From contig MU053482.1 in the NCBI GenBank assembly GCA_013239625.1, positions 347,168-411,167 on the forward strand: 64,000 bases of DNA. Reading direction: 5' to 3'. This DNA comes from Lama guanicoe. Lineage: Eukaryota. This document shows, one piece after another, positions 11,401-20,492 of this stretch. Under the pieces are notes generated by a model, which was not told the DNA's origin, did no database searches, and saw only the letters and a program-made list of their open reading frames with translations. Both the position numbers and the translations under genes were made by a program. Positions within the stretch are counted from its first letter, which is position 1. Each line of letters begins with the position of its first letter.

Positions 11401-13752
11401 ACAAAAGCACTCTGTTTTTAATATGCATCCCCAGACTCTGCCACTCTGCAGGCTCACACACCATCTTTGATCTATTGCACTTACACAGTATCCTCCTGCA
11501 GTCCCACATACTCTCAATCCATCTGTAGACGACAGTGTGCTGTCTCCTTGCACAAATACACACCCTCAGTTTATGCAAATCTCATCACTATTACTATAAC
11601 CCTCACATCTGGCTGTGTGCAACCAGACACCCACCATGGCACAGTTATTTGCAACATCACTAGTTTGGGCAAACATCCACAAATCATCATGCCCCAGTGA
11701 TCCGATCCATCCATCCACACCATCATTTGTTTGATCATTCACCCATTCAAGAAACAGTTGCTGAAATGACTACCATATGCCAGATATTGTGAGAGGCACT
11801 GGGGATAAAGGGATGACTAGACTCTGTCTCTGCCTTCAAGGAGTTCACTGCACAAAATTGGAAATTGTCCTACAATTCAAGCCATGTAAGCCACAAGGTG
11901 GTAGCATGTGAAATGCATTGGGAATAAAGGGGGAGTTCCTAAGTCTACCCAGAGAATTCCTGGAAGGCTACACAGAGGAGGAAGCATTTGGGCCAAGGGT
12001 TAACAACTGAGCAGGAATTTTCCAGGTGGACAAGTGTGGAAAGGACGTTACCAGCAGAGGGAGTAGCATGTACATCACGAGCTCAGATTCACACAGTGAA
12101 TGTGGCGGGGAGAAGGTAAACCTGAAAAGATAACCAGGGGCCAGATCTCAAGACCCATGTGTTCCTGGCTTGCAGGAACCAGCACGGGGTGGTGCCATTT
12201 GCTGAAATAGGGACACAGGAGGAGGGGTGGGTTTGTAAGGAAGATACTAAATTCCATTTGGGGGGATGCTGAATTTGAGGTGCCTACAGAACATCTAAGT
12301 TGAAGATGTCAGCCAGGAAACTGGAAAGAGTTGTCTGGAGCTCCCAGAAGAGATCCAGACCCGGTGTCCACATCGTGAAAAGCCCTCAGAGCCATGGCAG
12401 TGGTTGAGATCGCCCAGAGAGGGTGTACAGACAGGCTGGGCTGGATCCCCAAGGAACACTGAGGGACTGGCCCAGGATAAGGAGCCTGAGAAGAGCAGGA
12501 GAAGAGGTGGGAAGGAAAAAAAACCTGGCAGTGAAGCCGCCCGAACAACACAGCGTCTTTGTGCGAGTCAGGAGAAGGTGCCGGAAGGAGCAGACGCAGC
12601 CCGGGCTGGGGCACGGGACTCGGTGAGCACAGCACGCTGGGTTTCATCCTCCACTCGCACCCCGGCCCAGAGCCGTCATGTGAACAACCTGGCCAGCATC
12701 TGAGGAGGACCCAAGGCGGGGTCATGGAAGCAAGGGGAGAAATTTCCAGGAAGGAGAGGATGGTGTGAGGAGCAGCAGAGAAGTCTGGATGAAGACAAGG
12801 ACTGAAAAAGAGCAGCTGGATGTCATGCCTGCCAGGCCCACATGCACACACACTCCCTTAGCCTGGGCTTTCTCAGGAAAAGAAGGTACACGGAGAGGAA
12901 ACCTGGCACCTGTTGGGAAGGGCTCCATGCCAGGGCCACCTGGGGGAGGGTCCCTAGTGTTGATTCCAGCACTTCCTGGCCCGGCCCTGACCTTGGTCCA
13001 GCCATACCTTGATCAGAAAGACACTGTTGTGACTACGGCGAAAGGCAGCGTCCACAGGGCCGGGGGAGTCCTTCCACCTTTCCGAGATTAACTCCCGGGT
13101 CCAGTTGGGAGCCTTCCACACTGACTCCCCTGAAAAACGCACACTCATTGAGGGACCCAGAACAAACTTTCAGCCTACTGAGATAATTACAAAGAAGCGG
13201 CGGGTGCTACCCTCAGATGATTCCTAAGATTTCCCACAGTTGGACACACCCTCCGAGAAGGGGACCAAGTCTGTGGTCCCGAATGCCCCTCCTACCTCTT
13301 AAAAACAGCATGGCCCCATGCTCATCCAGGGTGGCCGCATCAAAGCCCCAGCCATCCGAGCAGCGTTCTGGGGAGGAGAAGGGGAGATAGCAAGTAAAAG
13401 ACCAGTCAGATGGTACAACGCAGAGACACAGCCAGACAGACAGACTCAGGGAGTCGGAGCCTCACCGATCACATTTGGGTCCACCTTGGTCCTGTTCCCA
13501 CCTTCAGCTCCATGGCTAGGGGCACCGGCCCTAGAGAGGAGACAGATAGATGTCCGGGTCCACAGAGCCCAGTCCCTCTCCCTTAGCTCCTGACCCCAAA
13601 CTCACCCCAGGCTTAAATACTGGCCCTATCCCACTGTAGCCCAGACCCCAGCCCTCCTTCGCCTGCCCCAGCTTCACTCACAGAGAAAGAGGGTGGGTGT
13701 TAGCCAGAGACCAGCACACCAACAACCACAGTGCTCCCAGTGCCCAAGCCAT
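5225..13752 (-). CDS. HPX: Hemopexin, complete 10-exon gene, 1368-nt CDS, 455 aa
   Basis: Exons 13682-13752, 13466-13530, 13296-13367, 13008-13129, 11244-11394, 10392-10604, 10009-10116, 5874-6004, 5631-5793, 5225-5496, all GT-AG with consistent phase. Signal peptide [17 protein letters not shown], hemopexin repeats ([26 protein letters not shown]), both heme-ligand His contexts (CPGRGH, GWHSW). Confidence 0.98.
5631..5793 (-). CDS. HPX: HPX exon 9
   Basis: [54 protein letters not shown]. Confidence 0.96.
5874..6004 (-). CDS. HPX: HPX exon 8
   Basis: [44 protein letters not shown]. Confidence 0.96.
6540..7915 (+). mobile_element. L2 LINE remnants in HPX intron 7
   Basis: acctctcagtggcatttgac...atgctgatgact...gaagccaggatgatcttt...cagtgcctagaatgatgcc; bounds approximate. 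Confidence 0.6.
10009..10116 (-). CDS. HPX: HPX exon 7 (interdomain linker)
   Basis: [36 protein letters not shown]. Confidence 0.95.
10392..10604 (-). CDS. HPX: HPX exon 6
   Basis: [71 protein letters not shown]; 213 nt, weak AAG acceptor. Confidence 0.93.
11244..11394 (-). CDS. HPX: HPX exon 5
   Basis: [50 protein letters not shown]. Confidence 0.96.
11720..12430 (-). mobile_element. L2 LINE remnant in HPX intron 4
   Basis: cattcacccattcaag...taccatatgccagatattgt...ctgccttcaaggagttcac; bounds approximate. Confidence 0.55.
13008..13129 (-). CDS. HPX: HPX exon 4
   Basis: [41 protein letters not shown]. Confidence 0.96.
13296..13367 (-). CDS. HPX: HPX exon 3
   Basis: [28 protein letters not shown] flanks. 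Confidence 0.95.
13466..13530 (-). CDS. HPX: HPX exon 2
   Basis: tctctag|[23 protein letters not shown]|gtgagg. Confidence 0.92.
13682..13752 (-). CDS. HPX: HPX exon 1 (signal peptide)
   Basis: ATG at 13752, [23 protein letters not shown], donor GTGAGT. Confidence 0.93.
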
Positions 13753-13799
13753 GATGAGCTGGAAAGGCCAGGACAGCTCTGGGCACCTGGCTGAGCCCC

Positions 13800-13983
13800 T
13801 ATATAGAGAGGGCAGCAGCACCACCCCCACGTCCAAGCCTGCAGGGAGTGAGCTCGCTCAGAACTATGCCAATATTGGCCGATTACATCAGTGCAAATAA
13901 GGTCAGGGTCTGGACAGAAATCTGAGTCCAGGACTAGCTCTTCCCAGCAGGAGGCCCCCTCCCCCTTTGGTGACTTTTGAGCA
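13800..13983 (-). promoter_or_regulatory. HPX: HPX proximal promoter (liver / acute-phase type)
   Basis: TATATA 13800-13805; C/EBP-type TGATGTAATC 13881-13890 next to FOXA-like TATTTGC; IL-6/STAT3-type CTGGGAA 13941-13947; HNF4-like DR1 TGCTCAAAAGTCA 13971-13983. Confidence 0.75.
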
Positions 13984-14664
13984 GTGACTAGCCGAGGCCC
14001 CTGATATGCAGCTGTGGCTCCCATCACCTTGGTGGTGGGTCTGGAAGCCCATAAGTTCAGGGGACAGGGTAGGCTGATTGAGGACTGGCTTTCTGTGGCT
14101 GGATTCACCTCGACAATGCAGTAGGAGAGAAGAGGAAACTAACGTTTCTATGCACTGTGCCAAGCTCAGCTCTGAGACCCCTAAAGACACTCTTACGTGT
14201 ACTTAGTAACCACACACACATGCAAACATACTTAGAAACACAGAAGACAGCTTTTTCCAAGTTCCATCAAGGGCCTTTCTGATGCATTCCCAAGCCTCTT
14301 TCGCTTTGCCCTTGATGCGTCAACAATATTTCACTGTCGCCAAATGTCTAAGTCCCACCCTTGCCCCGAACCCCTATGACAAATAGCTTAGCAAAAATCA
14401 CCTGGGAGGGAAGGGCTGACAGTAGTGGGGCAGGAAGAGAGACCTACTAGTAATTAGACTTTCTTCATAGTTTCCACCTGAAGGGAAAAGTGCTTTGTTT
14501 ACTCATCGCAGAATAAATAGAACTGTACTGGGGGGGTTTCACAATATTTACAGCTGATTCTGCTTAAATGCTACCTTCTCAATGAAGCCTTTCTCAATCA
14601 CCTCATTTAGCCATTTCAGACTCTCGCTTGTTTCCTTTATGTCATTTAATAAAACAAAATTATT

Positions 14665-14772
14665 TCAAAAGAATCTGAAAAAGAATATATATGTATATGT
14701 ATAATTGAACCACTTTACTGTATACCTGAAACTAACACATTATAAATAAACTATACTTCAATAAAAATAAGC
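14665..14772 (+). mobile_element. L1 3' end fragment (cetartiodactyl type)
   Basis: aaagaatctgaaaaagaatatatatg...tgaaactaacac...ttcaataaaa. Confidence 0.75.
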
Positions 14773-14895
14773 TTTAAAAATGTCATCTATCTAATACGCT
14801 TTTGCTTACGCTTTGCTTACTTATGCTTTTTTTCTTCTGTTTTGCCTGTCTTACATAGTTACATCTTCCCCACCTAAACTAGTACCTGGCACATC

Positions 14896-15353
14896 CAGGC
14901 ATACCTTGGAGATATCACACGTTTGGTTCCAGACCAACCACAATAAAGTGAACCTCACAATAAACTGGGTCATACAAATTTTTTGGTTTCCTAGTGCATA
15001 TATAAGTTAGATTTACACTATAGTAGTTTATTAAGTGTATAAGAACACTAGGTCTAAAGAAAAATATATACCTTAATTTAAAAATACTTTATTGCTAAAA
15101 ATGCTGTCATCTGAGCCTTCAAGGGAGTAGTAATCTTTCCGCAAGAGTCACATCACAGATCACCACAACAAATATAACATTAATGAAAAAGTTTGAACTA
15201 TTTCAAGAATTGCCAAAATTACAGAGACACAAAATGAGCAAATGCTGTTGGAAAGTATTCAATTCAGGGTTACCACAAGCCGTCAATTTGTAAAAAATGC
15301 AGTATCTGTGAAGAAGCACAGTAAAGCAAAGTGCAATAAATGAGGTATGCCTG
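14896..15353. mobile_element. Tigger1-type (TcMar) DNA transposon, internally deleted
   Basis: Terminal inverted repeats CAGGCATACCT ... AGGTATGCCTG; subterminal GGTTCCAGACC; splits an L2 3' tail. Confidence 0.85.
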
Positions 15354-16974
15354 TTAGAGATGCTCAATAAATATTTGAAATAAATGAAAAAAATTGATTT
15401 CAAGTACTGACTAGCATTACTAATGTTGCAGCAGAATTTCTGACAATTTTCCTCCTTCAGGACTGGAGATGTGTTATGATGGGGGAATATTGGCTCTAGG
15501 AGTCAAAGGTCTCCTTGGCACTGACCTTCATCTTAAGATCTTGTTTCTCTCTCCAGGGTCCCAGCCCTATATATCTCTTCTCCTCCAGCCCTGGGATCTC
15601 ACCTGCTATCTCTAGTACCTGCTATCTTCAGTACTAGCCGGGGCCACTCCCGAAGGCTGTCCCATTTCCATCTGAGACAAGCCTGAGGTTGCTGAGTCAG
15701 AAGACAAATATGTGCAAAGTCAGCTCTGGGCCAGGCTGAGGTTCCAGGACCCCTGTTCCCCAGCCCTGAAGGGCCCCTGATACGTCTCAGAAGGTGCCAT
15801 GCCGTTGACATTCCCCTGTATAACCTCAGCACAGGTCCCAGGTCCCTTACCAACTGTGCCAGGGTTCCTCCTAATAGGAAGACAGAGATTTCTGGGACTG
15901 GACAACAATCTGTCACCAGGCCTCAGCCATCAATTTCAACATCCTCTCCTGACTTACAATGAAAATGTGCCTTGTTAACTTCATTCCTCCTCATAAGTTA
16001 GTGAATAAAGTTGGACTCACCAAGCCCTTGGCAGCATGGGCAGTGCCACAGATCCCACGACAGGTGCCTGACACCCACCTTTTCCCAGCGCAGGGCATCC
16101 TTGGCTGGACCTGCTCTACCCACCCCCACCGCCAGCTGCTGGGCACTGGATGCTGCTACTCCCAGACGCCCCTCACTTTTTCTTCCGTCTCATCCTCTAA
16201 AGCCTTACATGACCTTCCCAGGATTCTCCTTTCTGAACCTCCAATGACCTTTCATCAGCAACCCCTCAACAACCATCACTAACTCCAGAACTGTGGCTGC
16301 GTGTCCTACAGATTTGGCTGAGCCTGCGTGGGGAGATGGACGCATTCGCACTGAGTCGTGAACGCCCCCCAGAAAGCCCACTGTGACTGTCTCCAACAGT
16401 CAGGGCCCTGCACGGACCTGCTGCTCTGGGGAATAGCCTCCTCTCTGGTCTAGCAGGGCTCTTTAGGGAACACAGCATGTATACCAGGTGACAGTTTTTC
16501 AGCTTGGCCTCTTCTTTCCCACCCAGCTCTGGTCCCCTTCACAGCACCCCTGGGTCTCTCCATTGCAGAAGAATGATTTGTGGCACCTTTCACTGCTGTT
16601 TCCTAATTGCCTTGTCTACCCTATGGTGGCTTAGATACCACTAGTGGAAGCCTTCCTCTTTCCTCCCACGCACCCCCATCCCCTCATCCCCTCAGGGACT
16701 AGGCGGGCAGAGTCTTCTGCATGGCGGGCAGCTCAGGTTGAAGCTCACGTTCTGTGCAGGGGCTGAGAGGATATCCATGTGAGAACCCAGGCTGTGGATA
16801 TTGGCCCTCCTGATGCTGGTCACAGGGCGGCAGGCAAGGACATTCAAGGGTCCCAAGATAGAGCTGGCCTTGCTTTTCGTCTCCTCACCTAAGGTGGCTA
16901 TTTCTGCTGGTCCCGAGTCCTTCCCAGCCCTCTGGCCTGGGCTGCGGATCAAGTGTTTGTCCATACTTGGGTCC

Positions 16975-16993
16975 GGGCGCCCTCTGGAGGCCG
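16975..16993 (-). promoter_or_regulatory. CTCF core motif (reverse orientation)
   Basis: CGGCCTCCAGAGGGCGCCC on minus strand fits CCWSYAGRKGGCRC. Confidence 0.65.
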
Positions 16994-18763
16994 CAGGGAT
17001 CATTGCGCTCCCACGCTTCAACTGGAAGCCGTAGCCCTGGAGTTTGCCCTCCCTAAAACTGTCTTTCCACAGACTTCCTCCCTTCTCACTCCTCTCCGCC
17101 TGGCTATGGTGGCTTAGTGCCACGTCCCCTTCCTCTGCAAATCTCTGCTGCCCAGAGTAGGAGTGGGTTTGGGACTGTCAGTCTCTTGCTTGATTTCTGG
17201 GGGAATTCAAGCTCAGAAATATACAATCATCTCCCTTTTCATGTGGTCTTCCCGTTCCTCCTAACCAGCAGTTTTCTGGCTTCCTTCTAAGGGCGTCTGA
17301 ACGGGGGCTTGCAAACATCTTCATGGACAGCGCATCCTCTTGCATTGCCAGGTGCCACATTAAAGCTGGACGCCAACCCCCTGTCCCTTGGGAGGACTGT
17401 GTGCAGCCTGCACTGCCGTTATCTGGGGTCTCTGATCTCACTTATTTCTCCGGGGGCCCAGTGAGTGCGTAGTGTGCTGACCCTGCTGCCCGTAGTTATG
17501 TACTCCAGGGAGCAGAGACTGGATTCTCCCTCGCCCCAGGCTTAAAATTAGCTCCAGGTACCAAAAAATACTCTCTGCTCCCAACCACCTCCTCCAAGAA
17601 TTTCTCTTGCTCTGTAATGGGCCTTCCAGCATAGTCCATTCTTGCTTCCCTATGACTAAATAATTATAATAATAATTTGCTGGTATCCGTTGGGTACTTG
17701 TGTGCCTGGCACTGCACTAAACACTTGATATAATATGAATTATTTTATTAAACCATACTATTGGTATGGTTCCCTCCCCACCACCCCACAACCTGCAGGT
17801 CATTGCTCAGAGAGGCCTTCTTTGCCCACCCTATTTAATACCATATTCACTAACTATTGTATTTAATGCATTCCATTCATTTCCTTCACAACTTGAACAC
17901 AAACTTGCATTACACATTTAGTTCCTTGTGCCTACTTGTTTGCCTGCCTTCCCCACTGAACTATAAGCTCCATAAGGGCAAAGACCATTGCTGTCTGTAT
18001 TCCCAGGGCCCACCCCTCTGTCTGATCAGTAGTAAGTGCTCAGAAGTACTTTCTGAATGACTAAGTGAAACTGCAGGCCACATGCAGCAATGGGGCTGCT
18101 CCAGTCACCAGACAGCCCCATGTAAGCATAGTGTGAGCCTCTGCAGGACCACAAAATAACTTTCTGACCTGTGCCAGCAGGGGCTCTGCTGCAGCCCCCA
18201 AGTCTGTGAAGATCACTTAAGACTTGTGCCAGCTAAATCAAGGCATAGCTTCCACTGCCAGGCACCCCCACCACCTGCTTCTGGGCCCAAGCTCTGAAGT
18301 GGAGAGAAAATGCCCACCGTGATCAGGTGCAGGAGGAAGTGAGGGGCCTCTCCTTGAGACGGCTTCTGCGTGGCTTAGGCTGACTGCCTAATCTGGTATC
18401 TGTGGAAATCAGCTCCAGGAGCCTGTTCTCGGGCTGGTAGGGAAGCCATGTGGGGCTCCCTGCCCAAGAAAGTTCACCTTTATTGCCATCTTATTCCCTC
18501 GCTAACTTTAGGTGTCCAGATTGTAAGCACGGAGATGTTGAGGGCTGAAACTATGAGTTTCCATCCTCAGTGTCATTGCTAGTGCTCTGCTCAGGGTGGG
18601 AGTGCAAGGGAGGAACAGACCATCACTGAGGCTCCCAGGGAAGGCCCCCTTGGTGCCAAGTGACTGATGATTGAGCACATGGTCTCTGCTGGTCAGGGCA
18701 TGGGCTCAGGCAATCCTACCCACAATCGGCCAGGAGTATAGGCCTTGTAAGAATGCTTACCCT

Positions 18764-18889
18764 ATAATGGAAAAGAATCTGAAAAAATATATGTATGTAT
18801 ATGTATAACTGAATCACTTTTCTGTACACATGAAACTAACATTGTAAATGGACTATGCTTCAATAAAAAATAGAATTAAAAATAAAAAA
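18764..18889 (+). mobile_element. L1 3' end fragment (cetartiodactyl type)
   Basis: Same subfamily tail as 14665; flanked by degenerate TSD atgcttaccct / atgcttgccct. Confidence 0.75.
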
Positions 18890-19932
18890 GATGCTTGCCC
18901 TAGAGTTCAGGGAGTTCTTATGTCCCTCCACCTGTCTACCAGATCCCAACCAGTGGGGTCAAAAAAACCAGGGAGGTGAATGTCACCAAGACTTCCCTGT
19001 GGTCCACACAGTGCCCCTTGATCCCTGCAAAGCCCCTGTTGTCTCCCACAGGTCCATGGACAAGCTCTCCCATCTTGCTCCAGGAGTCGTGTTGTTACAC
19101 CAGGACAAAGTCTTGAACTTTCCCACAAAGTCTCACAAACCAACCTTCCCAGATCCATCATTCCCCAAATCCTGTGAGTGTCTTCTGTGCCAGTTGCCGT
19201 GTCGGGTGCAAGGGGAATGAGAATGAGTAAGGTGCTGTCACTGCCCAGTTAGGAGCATGACAGCTACAGATTCAAGCCTGGGCTCTGCTCTTCCTCAGCG
19301 ATGAAGAGCAGCTTCAGCCATTTGTAGAGCGGGAGAAACCACAGTGCCACCTCCCCAGTCACTGAGCGTTGGTGGTAATTATCTCCGGAATTGGCAGCCA
19401 AACCCTGGCAAAAGAGGGCTTGGGCCAGGGTGCTGGGACCCTTGTTCCACTGTGGGGAAGGGGCAGCAGTCACGGAATGAAGAACAAGGGGATGAAGCAT
19501 TGCTCCCAGGCTTCAGGACTGAGCCCTAGAGCTGGCCACGGAGGCTCCCACACCCAGCTCCCACCTGGGCTTGTCCCTGGTCCCCGGCCCAGGCCCGGGC
19601 TTCCAGGATGCCCACCATCCCTGCAACTGTTCTCCTGGCCGCTGCTGGCTGTGTTCTCGGCAAGGGTCATTTTTCCAGGCTCCTCTCAGCAGACAGCCAA
19701 AGGATTTACTATTTCTACAGAAGATGTGGGCCTGGGGGCAGGCATTTACAGTGGCTGAGTCCCAGGGTTCCCTCTCTCTCGCTCTCCTCTCCTGAAGCTT
19801 CAAAACATCAGGGCACATTTGGGAATCAGTCCCCTCCCTGGCTGCTTGCCCACCTTTTAGTCCAGATCTGGTCCCGCCATCCCCTCCGCTCCCAGCCCGC
19901 AAGAAAACAACACAACCATCTTGGTGAACGCA

Positions 19933-19942
19933 TTTATTTAAT
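19933..19942 (-). terminator. TRIM3: TRIM3 polyadenylation signal (overlapping ATTAAA/AATAAA)
   Basis: Minus strand ATTAAATAAA followed by GU-rich ggttgtgttgttttc downstream element. Confidence 0.85.
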
Positions 19943-20339
19943 ATGGGGGTGGGGTATTGCTGTCTCTGTCAGTGTGTACGGGTGGTAGGGAGACAACCAG
20001 AGGGACTTCTGCCCTGGAGTAAGAGGCTGTTCTGGCCCCAGGCTGGGGGATGGGGAGCAGACTGAGGGGACGGGGAGGTGTGGAGGTGGGGAGGGGAGGG
20101 TGAAGCTCTGCACACATCCTTGGGACAACAGTCCAGGCCCACCCAGTCACCAAAGCAAGAACCGAATAAATAAAGTGCAACCGTGGGGTTGGGAGATGGG
20201 GAGAGGGAGGCCACTGGGCGCACTGACGCCCGCAGCCCACATTCAGTGCTGCCAGGTCTGGCCCACTTTCTGGCCAGACCATCTTGTCCAATCACCCCTA
20301 TGTCCGTCCCTCCATGAGCCAGGCAGGGCCCCTGTGCAG

Positions 20340-20492
20340 CTACTGGAGGTAGCGATAGGCCTTAAAGCAGTGGTTGCCAGCATCAGCCACCACCACGTGG
20401 CCATCCGAGGTCAGTGCCAGGCCCTGGGGGCCATACAGTGGCTCTGCAGATGTGTTGATATAGGACAGGAAGGAGCCAGAGCTGTCGAACAC
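20340..20492 (-). CDS. TRIM3: TRIM3 last coding exon
   Basis: [50 protein letters not shown]. Confidence 0.96.
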
